63,180 bases of DNA, filler included, from 5 parts of 5 records of this genome joined end to end with filler, not necessarily neighbours in it, one strand, 5' to 3'; positions 18,735 through 29,973 are shown, counted from the first letter of the whole stretch. The notes: generated by a model not told the origin, from the letters alone. Translations and numbers: made by a program.

Positions 18735-19253
18735 ATGACCAATACGGAAGAAACCGGCTCCAAGCTCCGCTGGCTCTGGCTGGCGGTGCTCGTTATCGTG
18801 CTGGACCTTGGGAGCAAGGCCATGGCTACGGCCATGCTGACCTATGGCAACCCGGTACCGGTAATGCCACTGTTCAATCTGACCTTGCTGCACAACACCG
18901 GTGCGGCGTTTAGCTTTCTGGCCGGTGCCGCAGGTTGGCAACGCTGGTTTTTTGTCTCCTTGGCACTGGTGGTCAGCGTAGTTCTGGTTGTATGGCTGAA
19001 ATCCCTGCGGCGCCATGAAACCTGGTCGGCGATTGCCATCGTATTAATCCTTGGCGGCGCGCTGGGTAACGTTTACGACCGCGTTGTTCATGGCTACGTG
19101 GTCGACTTCCTGCATTTTTACTGGAACGGCTACCATTTTCCCGCTTTTAACATCGCCGATACGGCCATCACTATTGGTGCCGGTATGATGATTCTGGATA
19201 TATTCCGCAAGCCCCGGGAACCGGATGCGGACAACAGGAGCGACAATCGCTGA
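18735..19253 (+). CDS. lspA: Lipoprotein signal peptidase
   Basis: [26 protein letters not shown]. Confidence 0.97.
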   Translation: MTNTEETGSKLRWLWLAVLVIVLDLGSKAMATAMLTYGNPVPVMPLFNLTLLHNTGAAFSFLAGAAGWQRWFFVSLALVVSVVLVVWLKSLRRHETWSAIAIVLILGGALGNVYDRVVHGYVVDFLHFYWNGYHFPAFNIADTAITIGAGMMILDIFRKPREPDADNRSDNR

Positions 19254-19705
19254 TGAAAGAACTTCCCGTAGATCAGGGCACTCGCGTTACGCTTCATTTT
19301 GCGTTGAAGTTCAGTGACGGTGAGATCATTGATTCCACTTTCGAGAAAGAGCCGGCAACACTGGAGATTGGTGACGAGAACCTGCCGGAAAATTTTGAGG
19401 CCTACCTGATGGGTATGACGGCGGGCGACCGCAATAGCTTCGAAGTACCTCCTGAAAAGGCCTTTGGGCAGCATAATCCGAGTAACGTGCAAACGTTCAA
19501 GCGGAGTGAGTTCAGCGCGGACATGGTGCTTGAAAAGGGGGTTATGATCTCATTCGCGGATGCGCGTCAGAGTGAGTTGCCGGGCGTCGTTAGCCGTGTG
19601 GAAGGGGATCAGGTCGAGGTGGACTTTAATCACCCTCTGGCGGGGCGTACACTGACATTCGAAGTGGAAGTTATTGATGTGGAGCCTGTTGGTCGGGCCC
19701 ACTAA
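19253..19705 (+). CDS. fkpB: FKBP-type PPIase (SlpA/FkpB)
   Basis: [15 protein letters not shown]; ileS-lspA-fkpB-ispH order. Confidence 0.93.
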   Translation: MKELPVDQGTRVTLHFALKFSDGEIIDSTFEKEPATLEIGDENLPENFEAYLMGMTAGDRNSFEVPPEKAFGQHNPSNVQTFKRSEFSADMVLEKGVMISFADARQSELPGVVSRVEGDQVEVDFNHPLAGRTLTFEVEVIDVEPVGRAH

Positions 19706-19764
19706 GCGCATTTTGGTCCTCCCTCAGGCTTCTGCAAACTTGTTTGATATCTCAGGGCAATTCT

Positions 19765-20715
19765 ATGCAAATCCGACTCGCTAATCCTCGTGGTTTCTGT
19801 GCCGGTGTCGACCGCGCTATCGAAATAGTGAACCGTGCCCTGGATGTCTTTGGTGCGCCCATTTACGTGCGCCATGAAGTGGTGCATAACAAATTTGTGG
19901 TGGACAATCTGCGCAACCGCGGCGCTATCTTTGTGGATGAGCTGGAAGAGGTGCCGGACGACAAGCTGGTGATCTTCAGTGCCCACGGTGTGTCCCAGGC
20001 GGTGCAGAATGAAGCCGCGCGCCGGGGGTTGAAGGTGTTCGACGCAACCTGTCCTCTGGTAACCAAGGTTCACCTCGAGGTGATGAAGTACAGTCGCGAT
20101 GGGCGTGAATGCATCCTCATTGGCCATCATGGTCATCCAGAGGTGGAAGGCACCATGGGGCAGTATGACCATGGCAACGGTGGCGATATCTATCTTGTGG
20201 AAGACGAGAAAGACGTTGCCGAACTGGTCGTGAAAGATCCGTCCAGGCTGTCTTATGTAACTCAAACCACGCTTTCCATGGACGACACCGCCCGAGTCAT
20301 CGATGCCTTGCGTGAAAAGTTCCCGGACATTCAGGGCCCTCGCAAAAACGATATCTGCTACGCCACGCAGAACCGTCAGGATGCTGTGAAGCAGTTGGCC
20401 GGTGACTGTGACCTAATGCTGGTAGTGGGTTCGCCGAACAGTTCCAATTCCAATCGATTGCGGGAGCTGGCCGAGCGCATGGGAACGCCTGCCTATCTAA
20501 TAGACCAATCAAATCAAATAGATCCGACGTGGCTCGAGGGCAAGCAATCCATTGGCGTGACTGCTGGCGCGTCTGCCCCGGAAATACTGGTCAATGAGGT
20601 AATTGCGCGTTTAAGGGAACTTGGCGGCGAGGTGCCCGAAGAGATTGAGGGCAGGGAGGAGAATATCGTTTTCTCGATGCCTAAAGAATTGCGAATCGAT
20701 GCCATCGAAGTCTGA
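19765..20715 (+). CDS. ispH: 4-hydroxy-3-methylbut-2-enyl diphosphate reductase
   Basis: [42 protein letters not shown]. Confidence 0.98.
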   Translation: MQIRLANPRGFCAGVDRAIEIVNRALDVFGAPIYVRHEVVHNKFVVDNLRNRGAIFVDELEEVPDDKLVIFSAHGVSQAVQNEAARRGLKVFDATCPLVTKVHLEVMKYSRDGRECILIGHHGHPEVEGTMGQYDHGNGGDIYLVEDEKDVAELVVKDPSRLSYVTQTTLSMDDTARVIDALREKFPDIQGPRKNDICYATQNRQDAVKQLAGDCDLMLVVGSPNSSNSNRLRELAERMGTPAYLIDQSNQIDPTWLEGKQSIGVTAGASAPEILVNEVIARLRELGGEVPEEIEGREENIVFSMPKELRIDAIEV

Positions 20716-20745
20716 TTGTGATGGCATCGTTCGTGTCATATTCGT

Positions 20746-21189
20746 TTACCAGCACCCTGCTGCCTGGTCTGCGCCGCGATTACCCTGTTCATCCAGCGTA
20801 AGAGTTCCACAATCATCGTCTGTCTGAGGTCCGGTTGGAACTGCCTGCAAGGTAAACGCATTCCGGGCTACGTTCCCCACAAAGCTGATATCGTAGAACG
20901 CGTCTCCGTTCTGCGGCGACTGATCGAATGGCAAAACAGGATTATTACCCCCATCGCGATAATCAAAACCGTTGGAGTATCGACGCTCCATCCATTGGGT
21001 GAGTTCTAGCAGGTCTGCCTGCGCAGTCGTTCGTCGGGTTTGCTCCATCTGGCTCTGATAAAGAGGAAGCGCTATTGCTGCGATGATGGCAATGATCGCG
21101 ACCGCAATCATCATCTCGATCAACGTAAAACCTGAGTTCGAGTGAGTCTTCAAAATCGTTATCCCTCTTAGTTTACTAGTGGTCGCCAT
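20746..21189 (-). CDS. pilE: Type IV minor pilin PilE
   Basis: GFTLIEMMIAVAIIAIIAAIALPLY; C-terminal C...CW. Confidence 0.9.
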   Translation of the reverse strand: MATTSKLRGITILKTHSNSGFTLIEMMIAVAIIAIIAAIALPLYQSQMEQTRRTTAQADLLELTQWMERRYSNGFDYRDGGNNPVLPFDQSPQNGDAFYDISFVGNVARNAFTLQAVPTGPQTDDDCGTLTLDEQGNRGADQAAGCW

Positions 21190-21199
21190 TCCCGCATGG

Positions 21200-21574
21200 T
21201 CAGTTCAGAACTTCAATTTTTTGCACCAGTCGAGCGCCAGATCTCTGGTCCGCTATCCCTCCGAGTTCCAGCTTAAGACGATCACCCTGTGCGAGCCGCT
21301 GGACGACCTGTTCCCGTGACCAGGTGCCACCGTTGAACGTGATGACGCGCTCAAGTACGAAAGAATAGTCGTCAATGACCAGCATGAACGAATCGGGGTG
21401 GACAAAGTTCACGGTTCCCTCAAAAACAACGTTCTCGAGGGATATCGGATTGCCCTCCATGACTTCATCGTCCGCCTGGGCGAATGCCATGCCGCTTGTC
21501 ATTGTTGCCGCCAATGCGATTAGGGCTACGGCAAGAGCTCTGCGTGGTTGATTCAGTAGTAAGCGAGTAATCAT
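21200..21574 (-). CDS. Small secreted protein in the PilY2 position
   Basis: Signal peptide (AFA-Q); lies between pilY1 and pilE. Confidence 0.6.
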   Translation of the reverse strand: MITRLLLNQPRRALAVALIALAATMTSGMAFAQADDEVMEGNPISLENVVFEGTVNFVHPDSFMLVIDDYSFVLERVITFNGGTWSREQVVQRLAQGDRLKLELGGIADQRSGARLVQKIEVLN

Positions 21575-21633
21575 AGTATTTTCCTGCTACTCAAATAAAA
21601 GATAGTTAGCTCGTGATCGGCCAAGGCAGCTTC

Positions 21634-24600
21634 TTAGCGAAGCTGCTCCCACGTTTGTCGGCCGATGCTTGAGTCCAGGGAACGGGCACAGAGTCCATCC
21701 TCGCATGGATCTCCCGGTGACAACTGGTTGGGATCCAGGCCCGGTATCACTACTTCTGCGTCGCCGTCTTCGGTCGCAATCGTACGGTTTTCACCGCCGT
21801 AACCCACCTGGATGCCGCTTGGCGCATAGCCGCCTACGATATCACCCGCGTTGAAGGTGCCATCGCTGTTAAGGTCGAACACGGGGGTCTCAGAAGGAAC
21901 GCCGGTTGTCAGTTTAAGATCCATAATAAACCCGGTACGCCCGCTTCCGCAGGGGTCATCATCAGGGATGACGGTAGTGAATCGAACCCGATCCGGGTTT
22001 ACACCAAACGGGAAGGTTGCCCGGCTGATAACGCGCTCTCCCTGTTTGTTTGAGTTGTAGACAAGGTCCAGGTACCAGCCTTGCTGATTCGTAGACTGGT
22101 TGCTGGAGGTTTCCCGGACCGTAAAGCTGTTGGTACCGTTCCCTGACGCCTTGTTTACAGTGACCTCTTCCTGTCTGGTGATGGTCTGTTGCACCAGATC
22201 ATCTCGTTCGAGCCCTGACGCAGTCAGGTCGTCTTTTACGGCGTACAGTGTCTGGACATCGTAGTCACCTTCGTCGCCGTTTCGCAGGAAGCTACCGGTA
22301 CCGAACGCTGCTACGAGTTCGTCACTGTTATTGGGGTTGAGCGCGACCCGGGGAGCCACAGTGATCGGTTGACTATTACCGGCAGGGCTTTCGGCGGTGA
22401 ATACTTTGGTTGCGTCCCACTTGTTAGTGTTTCCAGTAAGGTCGAATCGCCAAAAATTGCCTAACAGATCGCCAGCGTAGGCATAACGGGTGATGGCATC
22501 TGTTTCCGGAAAACTGGTGATGGTAGCGGAGGCAAGGCCGTTTGAGTTCGCAGCGTTACCGGCTCCGGTTTGGAGTTCTTTGACGAGATTGCCGGTTTCC
22601 AGGTCAACAACAAACAGACTGGATTGACCGCTGGCCCCGTTGTAGCCATTTCCAAAAATGGCTACCCAGGTTCCATCGTCGAGGCGGGAAATCTGCGGAT
22701 CGGTAACGCCGTATCCGAGATTCGGATGTTGGAATTCCCACAGCACATCATCTGCTGGAGAGAATGATCCTGGCTCGGTTATATCAAGCGCAAATACTGT
22801 TTTGCCGCCTTTGCCCATAGTTCCCAGAAGCACAGTTCGCCACTCGGAACCGTTTCCGTCTTTATCAATATAGGCATCCTGTACTCGTGGTGTGCCATCC
22901 ATGAAGTATCGGTGGGTGTAGTTGGGCTTCATCAGCTCTGAAATGCGGGCATATGTATTTGAGCCCGAGGGGAGCAGCAGTTCTGATGGAATGTAGCCAA
23001 AGAGCTCTTTGCCGGTTTCGCCATCGAAGGCGTGCAGTATGCCGTCGTTGGCAGGCACATACAGTGCATCGATCCGGGTTTGGTAAGTATTAGTAGATCG
23101 GAATGAACCGTATTCGCTCCCTTCGGTACCACCCAGGCGTGCAAACCCATAGTTGGTTTTACCGACGAACTGCGGGTTCGCGTTGATGACATCACCCAGA
23201 AGCCTAAGCACAGTATTACCTCCAGCGTCAGTGCCCTGCCGGCTTCGGAGAGTTGCGTGAGCGTCATTGTCGCCATGAAGCCAGGCCAGTCGATTATGGC
23301 CAAGGTTATCTTGAGTGGCGTTCAGTGTTGGGTCGGCATTCAGCGCATCCCGTTGAGCAGCCGAGAGGTTAGAAAGAGAGCTGGCCGATGCGAATTCCAG
23401 GTCAACGCCGCTACTTCCATTGTGGGTGATCAATTTCCGGTCTGTCGGGAGCGTCTGTCGCAGAATTTCTTCGGCATCCCAGAGCTGTTTGCCCTGGTCG
23501 AAGCTGAACCCTGACAAAGTGCCGGACCAGTCTTCACTGCGGAAGCCCGCAAAGAAACCCAGGGAGTCAGCGCGCAAGACTGCCGAACTGACAGCTGCGG
23601 ATGAGGCAGATGTCTGTGAGCGAGCAATTACATCACCAAGGAAACTCTTGATTTCGTCGGCGAACTCCTTCGGGTTCTGCGCGCTGGCATAGCCACCGCG
23701 ACCGTTGATCGCCGCATGGAGCAGGTCATCAATGTTGGCAGGGCTTCGGTTCGAGCCAGGTTCGGGCCAGTTGATGGTGATGTTGTTGTCCGGGTCGAGT
23801 GCAGCAAGTGCATCGGCTTCCTTGATGTCGCCTGTGACGCCTAGCCCGATCGTGAAGGTTGTCATGTGCTGCCAGAATGCCGGGTCGGTCGATGTGACGG
23901 GGACCTTGTTACCGAGGTCTGTGCGCAGATCGTTTTTCCAGTACTGCATCGCAACATCCGCCAGAGTGTTGGAATGCCCGTCGGTAAATGGCGACACGGC
24001 TGTGTAGTTGAAATCGGAGCCATCGGGGTCCGGATTGGTGTAGGACGGTCCCGGCGTATTGTCGACATTTCCGACAGAGGGGCTGCTTCCGTTCCAGATA
24101 CCATCGGTCATAATAAGGGAGAAACTTTGGCGGCATTCAATATGTGCGGTACTGTCATTGGTGCCAGGAATTTCTCCCCACGGGCCCCGATTGTCAGTAC
24201 GGGAATAGTACTTGCCGACATCCCTGAGTGCCGTTCTCAGTGGGGTGCCGCCGTTTACACTCTTGTTGTGAAGCCAGGTTAGAAATTGCTGGCGTCGAGC
24301 AGCTGTGTATGGGCGCACTCCACTGACAAGGGTATCTGTGTCGTTTACGCCATCAATGGTGTTGTTGTTGACGTTAATGGCGCCATAGCCAACCCGGATA
24401 TTGTCTGGAAGATCAAAGAAGGCTTCCGTGATCCCCGATTTGGCCGCCAGGGTCCGCGTACTGTAATAGGAAAACCAGTTCGCATAGTTTTGTTTGATGT
24501 CGGCGGAGGCATTATTGAGCAAAATCGGTGTATAGCAGTCGTCTTGTCGGGGATTATTATCGCAACTCGTGGACGAGTTGAACTGCATGTAAAAGCCTTC

Positions 24601-25038
24601 CTCAATGCTACCGATGCTGTCGAAGCGAATGTATTCACTCAGATCATCTGTCCCATCGGATTGATCAAATCCGTTTACCCAGGCGTTGGTGTAACTCGAA
24701 TTCGGATAGCGAGAGCTACCATCCGGTTTGAAGGGCGGCTGATACGTTATTGTTGGGTCGTAGTAGACCTTGTTCACACGGCTGGAGTAGTAATACCGGT
24801 TGCCGCCATGCCCATCAAGGTCATCGGGCATGTAACGCCACGCCATTGAGCCCGAATCGTCATAGACAAACACCAGGTTTGAATCGACAGACTCCTTCAG
24901 GAACAGGGGCACCTGAGCCAGGTTGACCTGTGCCATGGCGGATTGCATTGTACAGATCGAGAACACAAGGCTGGCGCTGAAGATGCCCAGCTTTGAGTAA
25001 CCCGAGGGCTTTGGCGATGCTTTCTTGAACGTTTTCAT
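21634..25038 (-). CDS. pilY1: Type IV pilus tip adhesin PilY1/PilC
   Basis: Signal peptide, vWA-like DDSGSM and GGTPL, beta-propeller motifs ANDGILHAF, FMDGTP, AIFGNGY, YAGDLLGNFWRFD; C-terminal GRQTWEQL. Confidence 0.93.
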   Translation of the reverse strand: MKTFKKASPKPSGYSKLGIFSASLVFSICTMQSAMAQVNLAQVPLFLKESVDSNLVFVYDDSGSMAWRYMPDDLDGHGGNRYYYSSRVNKVYYDPTITYQPPFKPDGSSRYPNSSYTNAWVNGFDQSDGTDDLSEYIRFDSIGSIEEGFYMQFNSSTSCDNNPRQDDCYTPILLNNASADIKQNYANWFSYYSTRTLAAKSGITEAFFDLPDNIRVGYGAINVNNNTIDGVNDTDTLVSGVRPYTAARRQQFLTWLHNKSVNGGTPLRTALRDVGKYYSRTDNRGPWGEIPGTNDSTAHIECRQSFSLIMTDGIWNGSSPSVGNVDNTPGPSYTNPDPDGSDFNYTAVSPFTDGHSNTLADVAMQYWKNDLRTDLGNKVPVTSTDPAFWQHMTTFTIGLGVTGDIKEADALAALDPDNNITINWPEPGSNRSPANIDDLLHAAINGRGGYASAQNPKEFADEIKSFLGDVIARSQTSASSAAVSSAVLRADSLGFFAGFRSEDWSGTLSGFSFDQGKQLWDAEEILRQTLPTDRKLITHNGSSGVDLEFASASSLSNLSAAQRDALNADPTLNATQDNLGHNRLAWLHGDNDAHATLRSRQGTDAGGNTVLRLLGDVINANPQFVGKTNYGFARLGGTEGSEYGSFRSTNTYQTRIDALYVPANDGILHAFDGETGKELFGYIPSELLLPSGSNTYARISELMKPNYTHRYFMDGTPRVQDAYIDKDGNGSEWRTVLLGTMGKGGKTVFALDITEPGSFSPADDVLWEFQHPNLGYGVTDPQISRLDDGTWVAIFGNGYNGASGQSSLFVVDLETGNLVKELQTGAGNAANSNGLASATITSFPETDAITRYAYAGDLLGNFWRFDLTGNTNKWDATKVFTAESPAGNSQPITVAPRVALNPNNSDELVAAFGTGSFLRNGDEGDYDVQTLYAVKDDLTASGLERDDLVQQTITRQEEVTVNKASGNGTNSFTVRETSSNQSTNQQGWYLDLVYNSNKQGERVISRATFPFGVNPDRVRFTTVIPDDDPCGSGRTGFIMDLKLTTGVPSETPVFDLNSDGTFNAGDIVGGYAPSGIQVGYGGENRTIATEDGDAEVVIPGLDPNQLSPGDPCEDGLCARSLDSSIGRQTWEQLR

Positions 25039-25112
25039 GGCAAACTCTCCAGTTGGAGTCAGCAATTCATTATGGTGTTTGTCAGACGGCGGTTTTCAAC
25101 ACAAGCCGCCGT

Positions 25113-25628
25113 TTACTCTGGTGGTAACAAAACCGTTGATTGTAGGACGGTAACCGCCTCGTCACTTCCCCCCTGGGCCCTTGAAGTCGCCAGGTAGCGC
25201 TCGAAGCAGGGCTGTCCGGGTTCGATCGGGCACACATCCGCAAGACGCGCGAGATGGTAGGCAGGTTGTGCGCTTACATCCGGACCAGCGACCCCGGTGC
25301 CAGATCGGGCAGGGTTGTTGCCATCCCAATCCCACGGGCTGTCGAGCATTGCCTCGCTAAAGGCTGTGACACGGGTACCTGGGGTGTTCAGAATATCGTT
25401 TTCACTCTGTCGTAACGTCGCTTCTGAAGCCTGAAACGAAATCGCACTGTCGTGAGCGTTGCTCGCCATGCGTTCCTGCATCACGGATCCCTGCATGCCG
25501 CCGATGGCTAGCAGAGAAATGATCAGCAGCATGACAAGGGCCACGATCAAGGTCGCTCCGCGCTGGTGTTTAGTATGAGGGCTAACGTCTACCATAGGCG
25601 GCTTCACTCGATTCCGGGTCGCTTTCAT
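25113..25628 (-). CDS. pilX: Type IV minor pilin PilX
   Basis: QRGATLIVALVMLLIISLL (no Glu5), ERMASN, SFQASEA. Confidence 0.9.
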   Translation of the reverse strand: MKATRNRVKPPMVDVSPHTKHQRGATLIVALVMLLIISLLAIGGMQGSVMQERMASNAHDSAISFQASEATLRQSENDILNTPGTRVTAFSEAMLDSPWDWDGNNPARSGTGVAGPDVSAQPAYHLARLADVCPIEPGQPCFERYLATSRAQGGSDEAVTVLQSTVLLPPE

Positions 25629-26761
25629 TACATTCTCCCCCTGAGTGCAGTGGTGCTGACGGAGATAAGCCGAACACGTCGGTCCCCGTTGTTTGCCTGG
25701 GAGACTTCACTGCCAAGCATGTCAAAGTTGCGATTATTTTCTTCTTCCAGCACTTCGTCCTGGCTGCGGGTCATGACCGAGAATCGAACACTCACGATGG
25801 TGTTCCAGTCGACTACCTCGTCGGCGGGGACATAATCATCCGCAGCGCTGGTTCCACCGGTATCTTCGCCATAGAGGATCTGCAGTGTTTCAACGCCGGA
25901 GACCAGTTCCTGGGGGGGCTGGAGCGGTGTCATCATGCGCCGGAATAAGGCAGGCTCTCCGTTGGTGCCCTGGCCGATGTAATAGGCCATTGACGTAAAC
26001 TGATAGACTCTGGTTTGAGTGTCGTAATTCAGGTTGAAGTTGTTACCGTTATTGCCCGGATTGACGTTGCCACCGGCCATCGTAATGGAGCTGGCATTGG
26101 CATTGTTGCTCTTCTGAAACATTTCGCCTTCGGAGCAATCGCCACGGGTGGCAAGAACGACGGATCCGGCGTCCACTCCCGAGCTGGCGTCAAGGTTAAT
26201 GCTATTACTATTCGGGGCGGTGGCGGCAGTTACAGACACGCCGAGGGAAGTCAGGGCATTGACAATGATGACATCGGAGTTGGTGATCACAGAACCCGCA
26301 AGATCAGCGGGAAGGTTCGCACCAGCGGTTCCTGAGGCCCAGTTACCGGCGCCGGGCGTTGCCACGGCGTTTGCCAGCGTGACGCTATCTCCCGGGCCGG
26401 TTCCCGTGTACTCCCAGCCCTGGAGTGCCTGGTCCAGTGGTACCGCCAGGCCGCCATTCAGGCGGTTGTCGACAACCTGGTCAAGTGGTCTGCCCATTTC
26501 TGCAAGGCAGCCAAAACTGCCGGCAGAACGGAAATCCGGTGTCAGGACGGCGGAAACAAATCGGGTGCTTTCCTGCGCGTGGGCAAGGCCCTGCGTCTGA
26601 CGATAGGTCTCATTACCGCTCAGATAAATTTGGATTACTCCAAGTGTAAGAATGAGGCCGAGAGCTGTTGCAATCAGTAGCTCAACCAGCGACAGGCCTG
26701 ATTGGCTGGCCCCAGGACGAGTATTGGGGGCAGGGGGAGCGCGGAACTTTGACATGATCAA
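25628..26761 (-). CDS. pilW: Type IV minor pilin PilW
   Basis: GLSLVELLIA, AGSFGC, ELVSGVETLQILYG. Confidence 0.9.
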   Translation of the reverse strand: MIMSKFRAPPAPNTRPGASQSGLSLVELLIATALGLILTLGVIQIYLSGNETYRQTQGLAHAQESTRFVSAVLTPDFRSAGSFGCLAEMGRPLDQVVDNRLNGGLAVPLDQALQGWEYTGTGPGDSVTLANAVATPGAGNWASGTAGANLPADLAGSVITNSDVIIVNALTSLGVSVTAATAPNSNSINLDASSGVDAGSVVLATRGDCSEGEMFQKSNNANASSITMAGGNVNPGNNGNNFNLNYDTQTRVYQFTSMAYYIGQGTNGEPALFRRMMTPLQPPQELVSGVETLQILYGEDTGGTSAADDYVPADEVVDWNTIVSVRFSVMTRSQDEVLEEENNRNFDMLGSEVSQANNGDRRVRLISVSTTALRGRM

Positions 26762-27258
26762 ATCTGAGTCCTCACTACTACAGGGTTCATGGCCTGGTCG
26801 TTCTGGTTCCAGTCTATGGTGACTGTAACCACGTTGGTTAAGGGATCGACTGCAACGGTACGCTCAGCCTCTGGAAGAAGGCAGGCGAGGCTGTTCTCCC
26901 AGGCCGCAATGTCGTTGGCTGCAACGGTTGCATTTGCCGGTACGAAAGATGTGGCGCAATCACCACCATCAGCGCCCTGCGCGTCGTCCTGAGCCAGGGC
27001 ATAGTCACCGGGATTGTCGGAATTCGCACGAATTCGGTCCAGCAGGTCTTCCGCGAGCAGGACCGCCTGGCTCCGGCTCTGGGACTGAGAGTTCATTTGC
27101 AGGGAAACGACCTGTGTTGAAGCAACGCCCAGTATGCCGATGGCAAGGACCAAGACAGTAATGAGGATCTCAATCATTCCAAGACCGGACTGGTGTCTCG
27201 GGGAAGCCAGGCCGGAGCGGTGCTTAGATGTCTGAGTCATAGTTGGAGTCACGGGCAT
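26758..27258 (-). CDS. pilV: Type IV minor pilin PilV
   Basis: GLGMIEILITVLVLAIGILG, RSQAVLLAEDLLDRIRAN, VTIDW. Confidence 0.9.
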   Translation of the reverse strand: MPVTPTMTQTSKHRSGLASPRHQSGLGMIEILITVLVLAIGILGVASTQVVSLQMNSQSQSRSQAVLLAEDLLDRIRANSDNPGDYALAQDDAQGADGGDCATSFVPANATVAANDIAAWENSLACLLPEAERTVAVDPLTNVVTVTIDWNQNDQAMNPVVVRTQI

Positions 27259-27734
27259 ACTTCTCCGTCATCTACTTCGGTTCGTCCAACCGGGCTTACC
27301 CGGATCCTTCGGAAGGATATGTCACCACTGGCACAGCCGACCGGAGCGACGGTAAAGGTTTGAGCAGCTTGTGGAACAAGAAACCCGCGCCGGTCAAACA
27401 CCAGATCGCCTACGCTTTCAGTAAAGGTAAGATTACCAGGTGACTCGAACCCGCGAATCTGGTCATTGGCGCAGTCCCCGGCGTCATCGCCTTCGTGCAC
27501 ACACCAACCGCCCCCCAGGCCACCATCGGTACTGAACGTGACGTTTGTGCCGCGTTTGATGGCTTCTGTTCTTGCAAGTTTAATGGATGACACCAGCAAG
27601 TTCGTGCCGGTTACCAGCCGATTGCTTTCTATCAGCCTGCCAAAGCCGGGGAGCGCAACAGTCGCAATGATCGCGAGAATGACCATCGTGATGAGTAGTT
27701 CTATGAGCGTGAAACCTGCGGTTCTCTTCAACAT
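27249..27734 (-). CDS. fimU: GspH/FimT/FimU-family minor pilin
   Basis: GFTLIELLIT, LARTEAIKRG; directly upstream of pilV. Confidence 0.8.
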   Translation of the reverse strand: MLKRTAGFTLIELLITMVILAIIATVALPGFGRLIESNRLVTGTNLLVSSIKLARTEAIKRGTNVTFSTDGGLGGGWCVHEGDDAGDCANDQIRGFESPGNLTFTESVGDLVFDRRGFLVPQAAQTFTVAPVGCASGDISFRRIRVSPVGRTEVDDGEVCP

Positions 27735-27890
27735 GCCAAATTCCGTTGGTAAGCCTCAGGTTAGTAAACCAAAGGCGCCATAGATATGCATCGCCTATTC
27801 GATGAACGGTCGAACATCCGGTATGGGCGGTATTCGGCGGCTGAAGATGAGGTTTCGGTCACACTCTGGGGGCGACCATCGGGCCTTTGT

Positions 27891-28472
27891 TCATGGGCCA
27901 GGGCAGGTGATGGTCGTTCCCCAGGGAAGTCTGATTTTCCCATCCCCGTCTTCGTCATGGAGTGTCCGAATGCGGCCGCCAATATTGAGGGCCAGGTAAC
28001 TCATGTCAAATCTTCCGTTGGTTGATGCAGAACACGCGACAAGGCTTCCCATGGTGCCGTGACTCATACCTTTGGCAGATAGCTGGAAGTAGCCTCTTCC
28101 GGCTGTTCGGGAATAGAGGCTGGACTGCCCCCTCGTGAGCGTGAACACCCGGTGGACTTTTCCCGCATCCGGTCGCTTGTCGTTGTTTCTGTCTGGAAAG
28201 ACGGAGACGGCGTTATTCCAGTCATCGGTACACCTCAGCGCGGGAGACAGCGGGCACACGGTGGTCAGGGTTTTCTGGTGGACGGCGTAGGATCGTGCGA
28301 CGGCAAACATCCGGCGAGTGTCGTTGATCACATCGGTGTGGCGCGTTGAGGAGATAAGCCGAGTCCAGGAGGTGCTGGCAATTCCGGCGAGCATTGCGAC
28401 CAGCGCGAGCGTGAGAATAAGTTCAACCAGGGTGAAGCCCCTGGTTCGGGCAGGGTATCGCATAGTCAACAT
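27891..28472 (-). CDS. fimT: GspH/FimT-family minor pilin
   Basis: GFTLVELIL, ARSYAV...TVCP...C, GRIR. Confidence 0.75.
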   Translation of the reverse strand: MLTMRYPARTRGFTLVELILTLALVAMLAGIASTSWTRLISSTRHTDVINDTRRMFAVARSYAVHQKTLTTVCPLSPALRCTDDWNNAVSVFPDRNNDKRPDAGKVHRVFTLTRGQSSLYSRTAGRGYFQLSAKGMSHGTMGSLVACSASTNGRFDMSYLALNIGGRIRTLHDEDGDGKIRLPWGTTITCPGP

Positions 28473-28584
28473 CCATGTTGGTGGTTTGGTCTGGGCGCTT
28501 TTTTACATCCTGTAGAAAAGCGACATGAATTCTACCGTATATCAATGAACGGTGGTTACCGGCGAGAGAATTCTGAGATACCGT

Positions 28585-29973
28585 TCACTCCATTCCCAGC
28601 TTCTTGAGGCGGTACCGAAGCGCTCGAAAGCTGATTCCCAGACGCTTAGCGGCCGCCGTTTTATTCCATCGGGTGGCTTCCAGAGCCTTCTCGATGGCTT
28701 GTCTCTCTATGTTCTCCAGGTAGTTTTCCAGGTCAATCTCGCCATCGGGCACCGGGGCAGTCCCGTCATCGTTGGCCTCGCCTTCCGCGATAACCTGGGT
28801 GGGAGACGACGCCGTCTGTACACCATTTCCCAGGTGCAGATCGCCGGCATCAATTTGATCGGCATCGCAAAGCGTAAAGGCGCGCTCCAGAACATTTTCG
28901 AGTTCCCTTACGTTGCCCGGGAAATCGTACTGTTTGAGCCGCCCGATGGCGCCCTGGGTTAGCGAGGCGGGTTCGCATTCATATTCTTTACCGATTCTTT
29001 CGAGAATGTGGCGAGCAAGCAAGGAAATGTCGTCTGGTCGTTCCCGCAGAGGAGGCACAGCCAGTTCAATGACGTTGATCCGGTAGAAAAGGTCTTGCCG
29101 AAAAATGCCTTCCTGAACCAGATCTGGAAGGTTCTTATGGGTCGCGCTGAGTACCCGGATATCCACCGGAACTTCCTTGGTATCGCCAACCGGGCGGACA
29201 GCCTTTTCCTGAATTGCCCTCAGGAGTTTTACCTGCATTGCCAGAGGCAGGTCAGCAACTTCGTCCAGAAACAAAGTGCCACCGTTGGCAGATCGAAACA
29301 GGCCGTCTTTGTTTTCAACGGCCCCGGTAAAGCTGCCCTTTTTGTGCCCAAAAAATTCACTCTCCATGAGTTCAGAGGGGATGGCTCCACAGTTGACAGC
29401 TATAAAGGGACCGTCGCGGCGAGGACCCTGCAAATGAATCATTCTTGCGACCAGTTCTTTACCGCTACCCGATTCCCCGCTGATGAAAACAGGTGCCTGG
29501 CTCCTGGCCAGTTTCCGAGTTTGGCTTCGGAGTTTTTGAATTTCTGTTGATTTGCCGAGTAACAGACCCGGTTCATCGTCAGTGTCCTGAGTGTTGGCTT
29601 CGGCCTCCGACAATCGGAGAGCACTGTTGACCAGCTCCCGAAGCCGCGGAAGCTCAACCGGCTTGGACACAAAATCGAAGGCACCGGCCTTCAGGGATTC
29701 AATGGCCGTATCCATGTTGCCGTAGGCCGTGATTACAGCCACAGGGGTACAGGGCGTATTCTGCTGTATCCACTGCACAAGCTCGATGCCGTTGCCATCG
29801 GGCAGGTTCATGTCTGTCAGGCAGAGTTGTGGTTTGTGTTCACCCAGAAGCTTCTTCGCGCAGGTGATGTCTGGCGCGGTCAGGGTTGTTATTCCCATAC
29901 GGCTGAGTGTGATTTCCAGAAGGTCCCGGATATCGGGTTCGTCGTCTACGATCAGGGCGGTATGAGTGGTCAT
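28585..29973 (-). CDS. pilR: Sigma-54-dependent response regulator PilR
   Basis: Receiver domain, GESGSGKE, GSFTGA, LFLDEVAD, C-terminal HTH GISFRALRYRL. Confidence 0.95.
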   Translation of the reverse strand: MTTHTALIVDDEPDIRDLLEITLSRMGITTLTAPDITCAKKLLGEHKPQLCLTDMNLPDGNGIELVQWIQQNTPCTPVAVITAYGNMDTAIESLKAGAFDFVSKPVELPRLRELVNSALRLSEAEANTQDTDDEPGLLLGKSTEIQKLRSQTRKLARSQAPVFISGESGSGKELVARMIHLQGPRRDGPFIAVNCGAIPSELMESEFFGHKKGSFTGAVENKDGLFRSANGGTLFLDEVADLPLAMQVKLLRAIQEKAVRPVGDTKEVPVDIRVLSATHKNLPDLVQEGIFRQDLFYRINVIELAVPPLRERPDDISLLARHILERIGKEYECEPASLTQGAIGRLKQYDFPGNVRELENVLERAFTLCDADQIDAGDLHLGNGVQTASSPTQVIAEGEANDDGTAPVPDGEIDLENYLENIERQAIEKALEATRWNKTAAAKRLGISFRALRYRLKKLGME

